Numbered from the stretch's first letter, positions 1 through 9,581 are shown. The stretch is DNA of 31,769 bases from Pyrinomonadaceae bacterium (GCA_035463335.1 DATHTI010000210.1:1-31769), one strand, 5' to 3'. Translations and numbers: made by a program. The notes: generated from the letters alone by a model not told the origin.

Positions 1-251
1 GTGCTGGCCGGAATCGTTTCCCGAGTGGCCGCGCGAATAACGCGCACGTCGCCCTCGAAAGACGTGAACCGGGCGCCCGCCGGTTGTTTCATCTCGGCCA
101 CGTTTTTGAAGGGGTTTCCGTACTTCCAGACGTAGACCGCCGCGCCTGCCGCGAGGCCACAGAGCGCGAAGATGGCGATTACCAGATAGACGAAACGCTT
201 CTGAATAATCCACCAATCATAAGCAAAACGACTGGTTTTATTCGTAACCAT
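1..251 (-). CDS. 5' part of a membrane-anchored protein, possibly with a FecR-like domain (runs off the window start; not in the ORF track)
   Basis: Manual translation from ATG at 251 is open to the window edge: MVTNKTSRFAYDWWIIQKRFVYLVIAIFALCGLAAGAAVYVWKYGNPFKNVAEMKQPAGARFTSFEGDVRVIRAATRETIPAS. It has one TM helix, then ARFTSFEGDVRV, which resembles the first strands of FecR-type domains. Confidence 0.65.
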   Translation of the reverse strand, partial: MVTNKTSRFAYDWWIIQKRFVYLVIAIFALCGLAAGAAVYVWKYGNPFKNVAEMKQPAGARFTSFEGDVRVIRAATRETIPAS

Positions 252-374
252 TGGTCTAAATCGACTTGGGGAAGGAGGTCCAACCGAGTTGGAACCCAGG
301 TGAGTCCGATCCAGGCAGCAACACTACCGACTCAGGAATTTAGCACACGGGCGCCGCGGATTGCCAGAAGATTT

Positions 375-434
375 TAAACCGATTTGCACGGATTTTACAC
401 TCCCCCATCTAAAATCAGGGTAAATCCGTAGTTA
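375..434. repeat. Family B palindromic element, degenerate
   Basis: TAAACCGATTTGCACGGATTTT ... AAAATCAGGGTAAATCCGTAGTTA; the terC stop is its terminus. Confidence 0.6.
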
Positions 435-1412
435 TTCGTCTGCCGGTAAATCGAAATCCGCTGGTAGGTCGACCGTAATCGTCCGTTCGCCTTCCGGGGC
501 CAAAATCAGCGACGCGACTACTGACCCAACCAAAACGACGGCGACGAAAACGAGCGAAAACTTTATCGGAATGTGGAACCCGACGATCCCGATGAGCATT
601 TTCACGCCGATAAAGCTGAGCACAATGGCGAGGCCGAACCGTAGATAGCGAAACTTTTCCACCACGCCGGCCAGCAGGAAGTACATCGAGCGCAGACCGA
701 GAATCGCAAAGACGTTCGACGTGTAAACAATGAACGTATTCGTAGTGACCGCAAAAATGGCCGGGATCGAATCGACTGCAAACACGAGGTCGGTCACTTC
801 TACGACCATCAGCACGAGCAACAGCAGGGTGCCGGTGAGTTTACCGTTTTGCCTCGTGAAGAACTTTTCCTCATCATAGTGGCGTGAGATAGGAAAGATA
901 CGCGTGACTAGTCGGATGAGCGGGTTTTGTTCCGGATTGACCTCGATCTCTTCCTGCCGGAACATCTTGATTCCGGTATAAACGAGGAAGGCGCCAAAGA
1001 TGTAGATGATCCAGTGAAAGCGATCGATTAGCGCGGCGCCGACGAAAATCATGGTCAGGCGCATAACGAGTGCGCCCATCACGCCCCAGAAGAGTACGCG
1101 GTGCTGAAACTTCGCCGGGACTTTGAAGTAAGAAAAGATCAGGAGGAAGACGAAAAGGTTATCGACCGAGAGCGATAACTCGATAATGTAGCCCGTGAGA
1201 AACTCGAAGCCGCGCTCAGATGTCTGATAGTAAAAAACGACACCGGCGAAAATCATCGCCAGCGTCACCCAGACGGCGCTCCAGAGCCACGCTTCCCGGT
1301 ATTTGATCGTGTGGGCTTTGCGGTTGAAGAGCCCCAGATCGAGGCTCAGCATCGCGAGAATAAATAAACTGAATGCGATCCACAGCCATGTTGAGCCGCC
1401 AAGTGCGTCCAT
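432..1412 (-). CDS. terC: TerC/Alx family integral membrane protein (putative Mn2+/metal homeostasis)
   Basis: Multiple TM helices with TerC motifs ELSLSVDNLFVF, VLFWGVMGALVMR, VEVTDLVFAVDSIPAIFAVT and YTSNVFAILGLRSMYF. Start placed at MDALGG (1412) rather than 1451. Confidence 0.9.
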   Translation of the reverse strand: MDALGGSTWLWIAFSLFILAMLSLDLGLFNRKAHTIKYREAWLWSAVWVTLAMIFAGVVFYYQTSERGFEFLTGYIIELSLSVDNLFVFLLIFSYFKVPAKFQHRVLFWGVMGALVMRLTMIFVGAALIDRFHWIIYIFGAFLVYTGIKMFRQEEIEVNPEQNPLIRLVTRIFPISRHYDEEKFFTRQNGKLTGTLLLLVLMVVEVTDLVFAVDSIPAIFAVTTNTFIVYTSNVFAILGLRSMYFLLAGVVEKFRYLRFGLAIVLSFIGVKMLIGIVGFHIPIKFSLVFVAVVLVGSVVASLILAPEGERTITVDLPADFDLPADE

Positions 1413-1560
1413 GAAGTGGATTAAAATAGCATCTGGTCCGTATTCCGGCAAAGCATGGTAGCCGCGTCCATCCGCGGCTTTGATGTCTTCAGCACCAGCG
1501 CCCCGCTACCGCCCTCGGGTCGGTTGTTGTACAATCCGCAGTTTCTGAAAGGTAACAACA

Positions 1561-3573
1561 ATGCTCAAACAACTCGCCCGATGGGAACGAACCAGCAAAT
1601 ACGTCGTCATAATATTTGCAGTCCTGATGGCCGTCAGCCTTGTGATTTTCTATGCCCCGAGCCGCTCCGCAAGTAACATCGATCCCACCAGAAACACGGA
1701 AGTGGTAGCGAAAGTGGGTTCGGCCAGCATCACCGTCGCTGACGTCGCGCGCATCCGCGAAAACTACGCGCAGATGTTCGGCAACCGCATCAACCTGGCC
1801 CAGCTTGGCGGCAATAAGCGCTTTCTCGAGGGCCTGATCAGCAAGCAGGTGATTGCTCAGGAGGCCGCGCGCCTCGGCCTCGGCGCCAGCGATGCCGAGC
1901 TCGCCGAGAAGATTCGCAAACAGTTTTCCGATGCGTCCGGAAACTTCATCGGCTTCGAACGGTACAAAGAGTCGGTGACGCAACGCTACGGCGACATCGA
2001 GAAGTTTGAGAACGATATACGCGACGAGATTGCGCAGGAAAAACTCCGCGCGTTCGTCAGTGCCAGCGTCAACGTTTCCGACGCTGAAATCGAAGAAGAA
2101 TATAAACGACGCAACAGTTCTTTCGACGTGAGCTACGTGGCTCTTTCGACCGATAAGCTCGCGACGAAGATTCAGCCGAGCGACGAGGAGCTGCGCAGTT
2201 ATTACGAGAGTCACAAGACTGACTATCGTTATCTCGAGCCGCAAAGAAAAGTTCGCTACGTCTTTGTCAATACGGAAAAGGTCGGCTCGAAGCTTCAAAT
2301 TCCCGAGTCGGAGCTGAAGGCGGAATACGACAGTCTCGATCCGAAGTTCAAGGAAGCAGGCGTAGAGATCCAGCAGATTCTTTTGAAAGTGGCGCGGAAG
2401 GATCTCGATGCGCAGGTTGAGCAAAAAACGAAGGACCTCATTACCAAGTTACGCGGCACGACTGGCCAGGCCACGAAAGAAGCATTTGCGGAAGTTGCCA
2501 GAGGAAACTCCGAAGATCCGGAGACCGCGCGAAACGGTGGATTTCTCCTGAAGCCGTTCAAGAAAAACGAAAGCAAACCTCACAGTCTTTACGATCGAGT
2601 TGTTGACATGCAGCCCGGCGACGTTACCGACGTTCCCATTCGTTACGCCGGAAACTTTTACATCCTGCGTCGCGGCGAAAGCGTGCCGAAGACCCTGGCA
2701 GAAGCAAAGCCTGACATCCTCGTCTCATTGCGTAACCGCAAGGCGTATGGCGAAGCATTCAAGCTGGCGCAGAAGGCCCACACGCGTTTACAGGAAACCA
2801 AAGACCCACAAAAAGTTGCGCAGGAGCTTGCCGCACAAGCCAACATGACTCCGGCTGAGATGGTGCGCGAAACGCCGTTCGTGAAGCCCGGCGATGACGT
2901 GCCTGAGATCGGAGCCAATCAGAGCTTTGAGCAGGCGCTCGAGGCGTTGAACAACCCGAATGACGTTGGCGAAGCGACGGGTATCAAGGGCGGCTTTGCG
3001 ATTCCGATGCTGGTTGAAAAGAAAGAGCCGCGCATTCCTGATTTCGACGAAGTAAAGACGAAGGTGGCTGAGGAGATCAAGAACGAGCGGGCGAAGGAAC
3101 AGTTAGAACAGAAAGCCAAAGACCTCGTGGCGGGTCTGACTGGGGCTGACGCGATCAAGGCGGCCGGTGAGAAAGAAGGTTACGACGCCGCCACGGAAGA
3201 GTCGTTCAAACTCGGCTCATCGCTCGGCAAAGCAGGCTCGAGCGCGGCGCTCGATGATCTTATTTACAGTTTGAAGGCGGGCGAGTTCAGTAAGACACCG
3301 ATCAAAGTGGAGGACAAGTGGGTGATTGTCGGTGTCACGAAGAGAAACGACGCTGACATGAATGGACTTGCCGCACAACGCGATACGTTGAAGCAGTCGC
3401 TGCTGGGCGAACGGCAGGACCAGGTGTTTGACGATTACATCACGGGCGTGCAGCAGCGCATGAAGCAGGACGGCAAGATCAAGATCTACGAAGAGGTCCT
3501 GGCGCAACTGGAAGAGGCAGAACCAGCAGCCGAGCCCGGCCTGCCTCCAGGTCTGAATTTCCCAACAAAATAA
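1561..3573 (+). CDS. PpiD/SurA-like membrane-anchored periplasmic chaperone / peptidyl-prolyl isomerase
   Basis: N-terminal TM anchor, SurA N-terminal-like region (VAKVGSASITV; QEAARLGLGASDAELAEKIR), parvulin-like segment FAEVARGNSEDPETARNGG, 670 aa PpiD-like architecture. Confidence 0.85.
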   Translation: MLKQLARWERTSKYVVIIFAVLMAVSLVIFYAPSRSASNIDPTRNTEVVAKVGSASITVADVARIRENYAQMFGNRINLAQLGGNKRFLEGLISKQVIAQEAARLGLGASDAELAEKIRKQFSDASGNFIGFERYKESVTQRYGDIEKFENDIRDEIAQEKLRAFVSASVNVSDAEIEEEYKRRNSSFDVSYVALSTDKLATKIQPSDEELRSYYESHKTDYRYLEPQRKVRYVFVNTEKVGSKLQIPESELKAEYDSLDPKFKEAGVEIQQILLKVARKDLDAQVEQKTKDLITKLRGTTGQATKEAFAEVARGNSEDPETARNGGFLLKPFKKNESKPHSLYDRVVDMQPGDVTDVPIRYAGNFYILRRGESVPKTLAEAKPDILVSLRNRKAYGEAFKLAQKAHTRLQETKDPQKVAQELAAQANMTPAEMVRETPFVKPGDDVPEIGANQSFEQALEALNNPNDVGEATGIKGGFAIPMLVEKKEPRIPDFDEVKTKVAEEIKNERAKEQLEQKAKDLVAGLTGADAIKAAGEKEGYDAATEESFKLGSSLGKAGSSAALDDLIYSLKAGEFSKTPIKVEDKWVIVGVTKRNDADMNGLAAQRDTLKQSLLGERQDQVFDDYITGVQQRMKQDGKIKIYEEVLAQLEEAEPAAEPGLPPGLNFPTK

Positions 3574-3592
3574 TCCGCGTAATCTGTGGTTA
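3572..3592. repeat. Family B repeat, single arm between convergent genes
   Basis: AATCCGCGTAATCTGTGGTTA (reverse complement TAACCACAGATTACGCGGATT). Confidence 0.8.
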
Positions 3593-4597
3593 ATTGCCAA
3601 GCAGTGGTCCAACCTCAGCCTGGGCCACGCTGGTTCTGATCTGCAGCTCGTTTGCGTCCGCAACGATCTTCAGGTTCGACAACGCGCTCTTCGCCAGCAC
3701 CCCTTTCGCTCCAGACAAGCGTCCCACGAAGAACGAGCCAAACTGTTTCAATCCTTCAAGCGTATCGCCAAAATTCTTCGCGGCCTGCGCGTTCACTGCG
3801 CGAGCGGCGATGAACAACTGTAGATCCGTTTCCGTCGTGCCGACCGAGCCGTAAACCTGTCGCAACGATTTCAAGTCAGCGCCAATCGGAGCGTTGCCGA
3901 TGTCGAAATTGTCAACCAGTTGTTCGGTGATGTTGCTGCCGAATCCGATGACGGCATTGGGATCACGACTGGCGAGTGCGATCAGCTCGGCATTCGGTTT
4001 TTTGCGCGAACGACCGGCATCGATCACGCTTCGCACACCCGCTGGATCTCCGAGCGCCAATATGTTCGTGTCGAGCGGCGCGGCAGCGAGCTCACCGATT
4101 CTCACGTCGAATAGACCAAGCAGTTTTAAGTTTTCATCGACTGTAAAGATGTAGATGGTCTTGTCCTGATATTTTTCTTCACGATACTTCCCGTTCGAAG
4201 CAACTCGCCCGGCGGCGACCATGGCCGCTGCGCTGAAGGTTCCATTTGCGAGAGCCACAGTCTGCACCCTGGTCACACCTTCGGACGGATAAGTAAAACG
4301 AACACCGAGTGCGAGGTCCTGAAACATGCGCGGGTCGAGGCCGGTGCGATCCTTGAAGCGATCGATACTCGCGTTGACTTCGCTGAGCTTGGCGGGATTG
4401 CCGGCGAGCATGCGCGGCATCGCTTCGCTCAAAAGTTGTTTCACTTTCACCTGCGCCACCGCATCAGACTGCGGCAATGAAGACATCAGCGTCGAAGCGG
4501 GTTGCGCCGTGCTGCGACCACGCGTTTGCGCGCGAGCTTCAAGTTGGGAAAAAAGTGCGACAAAAACAATCGCAAGTGTCAAAAATCGTGTTTTCAC
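3590..4597 (-). CDS. Secreted hypothetical protein (335 aa)
   Basis: GTG start, Sec signal peptide (MKTRFLTLAIVFVALFSQLEARA), long clean ORF co-oriented with the upstream lipoprotein and thiolase genes. Confidence 0.75.
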   Translation of the reverse strand: MKTRFLTLAIVFVALFSQLEARAQTRGRSTAQPASTLMSSLPQSDAVAQVKVKQLLSEAMPRMLAGNPAKLSEVNASIDRFKDRTGLDPRMFQDLALGVRFTYPSEGVTRVQTVALANGTFSAAAMVAAGRVASNGKYREEKYQDKTIYIFTVDENLKLLGLFDVRIGELAAAPLDTNILALGDPAGVRSVIDAGRSRKKPNAELIALASRDPNAVIGFGSNITEQLVDNFDIGNAPIGADLKSLRQVYGSVGTTETDLQLFIAARAVNAQAAKNFGDTLEGLKQFGSFFVGRLSGAKGVLAKSALSNLKIVADANELQIRTSVAQAEVGPLLGN

Positions 4598-4648
4598 TAC
4601 AAACGGGACTTTCTCCGAAGATTTTGAGAGATTTAGTGGATGCCCCTA

Positions 4649-5380
4649 TCAGTCCTCGGGTTGTGCTGGGGCAATCAATCGTTTCCGAAGCTCAGTAAAA
4701 GTGACTTTTTGATAACCTTCCGGGATTGTAAATAGACTCTTTTCCACTTCGAATTTTATTTCTGAAATCTCCATCGTCACATATGTGCCATCGGACTTCG
4801 TCTCGGATTTAATGGGCATCTGCAACGTTTCATCGATCCACATCAACGTCTCACTCTGGCTGACGTTCGGTGCCCCGGGACTGTTAACAACAATGCGATA
4901 TTTGTTTGTATTGCGGCCGGCAATCACCTCGTTCCCCAATCTTTGATAACTGGTGGTGCCCGCGTCTGTGTGCAGCAGCGCGTCAGGAGAGGACTCCAAT
5001 CCGTCTTCGATTGGATCCGCGGAGCCCCGGCTTTCATCCGTGACGTCTGCGTACACCTTTTCAACCGGTAACAGGAAAAACTGGCCTTCCGGCGTGGTGA
5101 GATGAACGGTTGTCTTCGGCACGCCTGTTGACTCGTAGCGACGCGACTCACCGTCGCGCGCGACGAACGCTTTTGTCACGACACTCTGGCCTTCAGCATT
5201 GACGGCGGTAATGGTGCGGACCGCGCGGTACCGCTCGGGCTCCTTCGTTTGAAACGGTGGAGTTGAGGAGACGACTGTGTCCGGCGACGGGGTTGTATTC
5301 GTGAGGGATTCGTTTTGCGAGCGACAGGCAGCGACGGCGAGTAGGACCACGCAAACTGCAACCAGCCGCAGGACGATCAT
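4649..5380 (-). CDS. Lipoprotein, possible DUF4412/LolA-like beta-sheet fold (243 aa)
   Basis: Start reassigned to ATG 5380, which overlaps the thiolase stop (ATGA coupling). Lipobox LAVAAC. GNEVIAGRNTNKYRI and WIDETLQMPIKSE resemble DUF4412/LolA-type proteins. Confidence 0.65.
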   Translation of the reverse strand: MIVLRLVAVCVVLLAVAACRSQNESLTNTTPSPDTVVSSTPPFQTKEPERYRAVRTITAVNAEGQSVVTKAFVARDGESRRYESTGVPKTTVHLTTPEGQFFLLPVEKVYADVTDESRGSADPIEDGLESSPDALLHTDAGTTSYQRLGNEVIAGRNTNKYRIVVNSPGAPNVSQSETLMWIDETLQMPIKSETKSDGTYVTMEISEIKFEVEKSLFTIPEGYQKVTFTELRKRLIAPAQPED

Positions 5381-6558
5381 ACTCGCTCCAGCAAAAGCGC
5401 GAGTCCCATGCCGCCGCTGACGCAGAGTGTTGCGAGTCCGAGCCGGGCTTGTCGCTTCTGCATCTCGTAAAGCAGCGTCGTCGTGATGCGAACACCGGTG
5501 CAGCCAATCGGATGGCCCAATGCGATCGCGCCACCATTGACGTTCAATCGATCGGCGCCGAAGTCGAGCTCGCGATCGCATGCAATCACCTGCGCCGCGA
5601 AAGCCTCATTCAGCTCGATCAAATCAATCTCGGCAAGCGAAAGCTTCTGTCGCTCGAGCAGTGCACGCACGGCAGGCACTGGACCAATGCCCATGATCTC
5701 AGGCGCCACTCCACAGATCTCATAGTCGACAATTCGCGCTTGTGGCGTGGTTCCGAATTGCTTAAGCCCGTCTTCACTTAGCACGACTACGGCTGCCGCG
5801 CCGTCAGTAATACCTGATGAGTTGCCGGCTGTGACCGTACCGTCTTTGTAGAACACAGGCGGCAGCTTCGCTAGATCGTCGCGCGTGGTGCCGGCGCGGC
5901 AATGTTCGTCCTTTGCGAAGCTCGTTGTCTCACCTTTCTTGCCGCTGATCTCGAGAGACATCACTTCATCGTTGAATCTTCCTGCCTCGATCGCTGCCTG
6001 CGCTTTTTGTTGCGACTTGAGCGCGAACTCGTCCTGCTCGTCGCGCGAGATTTCATACTGGCGCGCAAGCTTTTCGGCAGTTTGGCCCATCAGCAGTCCG
6101 GAGAGCGGATCGCTGAAGCCATCGCGATACATGCCGTCCACGAGTTGCGCGTTGCCCATGCGCGCGCCCCAACGTGCGCCCTCGGCGAAGTAAGGCACGC
6201 GCGACATGCTTTCGGTGCCGCCGGCAAGGACCGCTTCAGAGCGTCCGAGCATGATCTCCTGTGCGGCGAGAATGATTGCTTTCAGACCTGAGCCGCACGC
6301 CTGGTTGATGGTGGCGGCGGGTATGGTTTGCGGTACGCCCGCGCGGAAAGTGATCTGCCGCGCGACGTTTGGACCACCGCCCGCCTGGCGCGCGCAACCC
6401 CAGATTGAGTCGGTGATTTGATCGGCTGCGACACCCGCGCGACGCAGGCTCTCTTGTGCCACCGCGACACCGAGATCCGCGGGCGTCCATGATGCGAGTG
6501 TGCCGCCAAACTTGCCGATCGGTGTTCTTACTGCTCCAGCGAGATAAACGTTCTTCAT
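5377..6558 (-). CDS. Acetyl-CoA C-acetyltransferase (thiolase II)
   Basis: NQACGSG catalytic Cys, NEAFA, GGAIALGHPIG, LCVSGGMG. Confidence 0.96.
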   Translation of the reverse strand: MKNVYLAGAVRTPIGKFGGTLASWTPADLGVAVAQESLRRAGVAADQITDSIWGCARQAGGGPNVARQITFRAGVPQTIPAATINQACGSGLKAIILAAQEIMLGRSEAVLAGGTESMSRVPYFAEGARWGARMGNAQLVDGMYRDGFSDPLSGLLMGQTAEKLARQYEISRDEQDEFALKSQQKAQAAIEAGRFNDEVMSLEISGKKGETTSFAKDEHCRAGTTRDDLAKLPPVFYKDGTVTAGNSSGITDGAAAVVVLSEDGLKQFGTTPQARIVDYEICGVAPEIMGIGPVPAVRALLERQKLSLAEIDLIELNEAFAAQVIACDRELDFGADRLNVNGGAIALGHPIGCTGVRITTTLLYEMQKRQARLGLATLCVSGGMGLALLLERV

Positions 6559-6596
6559 AATTTAGTTGACCAGAAATGTAGCACAGGGTAGAAGTA

Positions 6597-6625
6597 GCCA
6601 CAAAAAGGCACAAATTCACAAAAAG
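6597..6625. repeat. Family A repeat, single arm
   Basis: GCCACAAAAAGGCACAAATTCACAAAAAG in the divergent intergenic region. Confidence 0.8.
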
Positions 6626-6639
6626 CAAGCTACCTCACG

Positions 6640-8172
6640 ATGCTTCGAAGCCTCACATCGCCGGCACAAGTTGATTCTGCGTACCACGAGATCGTCGCGC
6701 TTTTGCGTGAGTATGCGGAGTGGCTGTTTGTGTCTGACGGTGTCGCTCAGTCGCTGCGCAGGGATGAGATCGATGTCGTAGTTATACAGGAGCGACTGAT
6801 GTTTTCCTGTTGGACCGAGAAGGGCACGAGGCTCTGGCGCGTCGCTGCGTGGGAGTGGAATGGACAGTTACTCGAGCTCGAAGTCTCACGCAAGCTGCGG
6901 GCTGAAGTCTCGTTGATTCAGTTGATCCCGCGGACCGCAGCGAAGGCGATAACGGCGACGATTCGTGTAGCGCGTCAAGTCCGGTGCGAGAGACTCGGAC
7001 AGCTTGCAGCAGCGCAGCAATTCGGCAGCGTTGTCGAGCGGTTGTCGCTGAGTCGCGGGACGAAGCCGGGACAGCCGGGACGTTACGCGCAGGTTCTTTT
7101 GAAAACGCGACGAGCGCGTATCGCGGTCACGGGTCCGGTTGTATCCGGCCAGCCTTCGGCAGTTGACGCATTTCTGTCGTCGTCGTTGCTGTGGTTTCGT
7201 CGCACGTGCGATCGTGTGAAGCCGCCTTATGTCGAGCAGCTCTGGTTGATCGTTTCGCCTGATCTGCTCAAGCCGCTGCTATACCGCGTTGCGCTCTTGC
7301 GCAGCAGTTTGAGAGACGTCATCAAGGTGTTCACGGTTGATGAAAATCTCATGGTGTTGACTGAGGCGTCCTGTCCTGACAAGGACGATCTCTGGCGCAA
7401 AAAGCTGGCGCGATTTCCACCGGTTGCGGCTGCGACCGCGACTGAGCTCAGTCTCGCGATCGTTGCTGAAGCGCCCGAGGCGATCGATATAGTGCATTCG
7501 CGTCACGGTGAGACACTGCGTTATTTCGGTCTTCCATTTGCGCGCGTCCGCTCGTTGCTCGGAAACGAGAAGGTATGGTTCGGCATCAACCGCGCCCATC
7601 GTCGCTTACTCGACGAGTCAACCATCAACGATTGGACCAACCTGCTTTGTGATTTGCGCGAGCATCGCTCGGCATCAGCCCTCGATCACCGGCATGCGTT
7701 TTATCGTGCGGCACCGGAAGCGTGGCTGGAGTCGTTGTTGCGTCGCGACATAACCAAACTCGATCCGGGTTTGATCATCGCGCCACTGCACGCACAGTTT
7801 CGTACCGCACGCGGCGCGAAACTCGGCATCAGGCCCATCGACCTGCTGGCCCTGCGACAGGATGGCCGACTGGTTGTAATCGAATTAAAAGTTTCGGAAG
7901 ATCGCGAGCACGTTTTGCAGGGCGCCGATTACTGGCGGCGCGTCGAGGCACATCGCCGTCGCGGCCACATCGCGCGCGCAAACCTCTTCGGCGCGCGCGC
8001 GATCAGAGACGAGGCGCCACTCGTCTATCTCGTGGCGCCCACCCTGCGCGTCCATCCTGCATTTCCGACCCTGGCCCAATGCATCTCGTCCGGCATCGAG
8101 ATCTATCGCTTCGACATCAACGAAGACTGGCGAAGGGGCGTCCGCGTCATGCGCCGCCAAAGAGTTAATTAG
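6640..8172 (+). CDS. Hypothetical protein with a C-terminal PD-(D/E)xK (NucS/EndoMS-like) nuclease motif
   Basis: C-terminal IDLLALRQDGRLVVIELK...LQGADYW matches the D...ExK...Q..Y pattern of NucS-like nucleases. The N-terminal ~350 aa are unrecognised. Confidence 0.6.
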   Translation: MLRSLTSPAQVDSAYHEIVALLREYAEWLFVSDGVAQSLRRDEIDVVVIQERLMFSCWTEKGTRLWRVAAWEWNGQLLELEVSRKLRAEVSLIQLIPRTAAKAITATIRVARQVRCERLGQLAAAQQFGSVVERLSLSRGTKPGQPGRYAQVLLKTRRARIAVTGPVVSGQPSAVDAFLSSSLLWFRRTCDRVKPPYVEQLWLIVSPDLLKPLLYRVALLRSSLRDVIKVFTVDENLMVLTEASCPDKDDLWRKKLARFPPVAAATATELSLAIVAEAPEAIDIVHSRHGETLRYFGLPFARVRSLLGNEKVWFGINRAHRRLLDESTINDWTNLLCDLREHRSASALDHRHAFYRAAPEAWLESLLRRDITKLDPGLIIAPLHAQFRTARGAKLGIRPIDLLALRQDGRLVVIELKVSEDREHVLQGADYWRRVEAHRRRGHIARANLFGARAIRDEAPLVYLVAPTLRVHPAFPTLAQCISSGIEIYRFDINEDWRRGVRVMRRQRVN

Positions 8173-8276
8173 CCACAAAAAGGCACAAAAAGCACATAAG
8201 CCGAAATAAGAAGCGTCCAGTATCTATTGAGCGCCTTCTCTTTTCAGCTTATGTGCTTTTTGTGCCTTTTTGTGGC
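8172..8276. repeat. Family A palindromic element: perfect 30-bp inverted arms, 45-bp spacer
   Basis: GCCACAAAAAGGCACAAAAAGCACATAAGC (8172-8201) and its exact reverse complement (8247-8276), between convergent genes. It could also act as a bidirectional terminator. Confidence 0.95.
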
Positions 8277-8279
8277 CAA

Positions 8280-9455
8280 TCAATGCTTGACGAAGATGCT
8301 GTCGGGTTCGTTGCTGGGTGGTGGAGGTGTGGGTTTGGCGGTCGCGGGTGTGGTCATGTGTGAGAGGGTGTCGTCTTTCGAGTAGATACCCGAGACGCGC
8401 ATCTTGAACTCGTCCGCGTTCGTTGCGTTGTGCAGCGCTTCTTCCTGCGTGATCAGGCCCGCGTGCAGCAAGTGAAACAACGACTGATCGAACGTCTGCA
8501 TGCCGTACTGAGATGTGCCCGCGGCAATCGCCTCGCGAATCAGATACGTCTTCTCTTCGTTGATGATGTGATCGCGAATGAATGCGGTCGAGACGAGCAC
8601 TTCGATGGCCGGCACGCGACCCGCACCTTTTGCGGCCCGCACGAGTCGCATCGAGATCACCGCCTTCAAAATGCCGGCGAGCTGAATACGCACAGACTTC
8701 TGCTGGTGCGCGGGAAACGACGACACGATACGAGTAATCGTCTCCGTCGCATCGAGCGTGTGCAGCGTTGAGAGCACGAGGTGTCCGGTTTCGGCGGCAG
8801 TCAGCGCCGTTTCGATTGTCTCGTGATCACGCATTTCACCGACGAGGATCACGTCCGGATCCTGTCGCAGCGCGCCACGCAACGCTTCCGCAAACGAGCG
8901 CGTATCCACATCAACCTCGCGCTGCGTAACAAACGACTGCTTATCACGATGCAGAAACTCGATCGGATCTTCGATCGTGACGATGTGACCGCTGCGCGTC
9001 GAGTTGATACAGTCGATCATGGACGCGAGCGTCGTCGATTTACCGGAGCCGGTCGCGCCCGTGACGAGGATGAGTCCACGTCTCTCTTCGGCGATCTTTT
9101 CAATGACCGGCGGCAGGCCGAGTTGGGCGACAGATTTATTGTGATCGGGAATGACGCGCAGCACGATGCTGACGGTGCCGCGTTGCTGAAAGATGTTTGC
9201 CCGGAACCGGCCGAGACCCGAGACGCCGTGACCGATATCGACTTCCGAGACTTCCTTGAACCGCTGCTTTTGCCGGTTCGACATCATCGAGAAGGCCATG
9301 TCGAGCGTGTCTTCCGGCTTCAAACGAGGCGCATTTTCGACGGGATGGAGCTCGCCGCCGATACGCATCACCGGGAAAGCTCCCACCTTCAGGTGGAGGT
9401 CGGAGGCGTTATGACTGCACGCAACTCGGAGTAAATCGTCGATTCTTAAGGCCAT
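8280..9455 (-). CDS. pilT: PilT/PilU-family type IV pilus retraction ATPase
   Basis: Walker A GATGSGKS, Asp box TIEDPIE, Walker B ILVGEMRD, His box GHLVLSTLH, GMQTFDQ. The AIRNLIRE motif is diverged (FIRDHIIN), so it may be a PilU-like paralogue. Confidence 0.85.
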   Translation of the reverse strand: MALRIDDLLRVACSHNASDLHLKVGAFPVMRIGGELHPVENAPRLKPEDTLDMAFSMMSNRQKQRFKEVSEVDIGHGVSGLGRFRANIFQQRGTVSIVLRVIPDHNKSVAQLGLPPVIEKIAEERRGLILVTGATGSGKSTTLASMIDCINSTRSGHIVTIEDPIEFLHRDKQSFVTQREVDVDTRSFAEALRGALRQDPDVILVGEMRDHETIETALTAAETGHLVLSTLHTLDATETITRIVSSFPAHQQKSVRIQLAGILKAVISMRLVRAAKGAGRVPAIEVLVSTAFIRDHIINEEKTYLIREAIAAGTSQYGMQTFDQSLFHLLHAGLITQEEALHNATNADEFKMRVSGIYSKDDTLSHMTTPATAKPTPPPPSNEPDSIFVKH

Positions 9456-9536
9456 GAATATCCTGAAAGCTGAACCTTTGCGGGATTTCGAAAGGTTTTA
9501 GGGTGGGATAGCGCAGAAGACGCGCTGGGCACTTCG

Positions 9537-9566
9537 AATATAGCTTGACGGTGTGAGGTCCGTCAA
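9537..9566 (-). promoter_or_regulatory. Putative sigma70 promoter of pilT overlapped by a TTGACGG-N8-CCGTCAA dyad
   Basis: Minus strand TTGACG (9566-9561), 18-nt spacer, TATATT (9542-9537). Perfect 7-bp inverted repeat at 9545-9551 / 9560-9566. Confidence 0.5.
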
Positions 9567-9581
9567 TAAATCTATTTTGGT

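Noticed and set aside
84-377. 97-aa plus-strand ORF
   Set aside because: It is antisense to the better-supported minus-strand gene starting at 251 and runs into a repeat.
1489-2424. 311-aa minus-strand ORF and the many other long antisense or alternate-frame ORFs (e.g. 8781..9434, 11236..12000, 16184..16864, 25518..26240)
   Set aside because: They shadow recognisable genes on the opposite strand, have no motifs, and are expected at this GC content.
5381-5581. N-terminal extension of the 4649..5581 ORF
   Set aside because: It overlaps the thiolase gene. ATG 5380 gives a clean lipoprotein signal and ATGA coupling.
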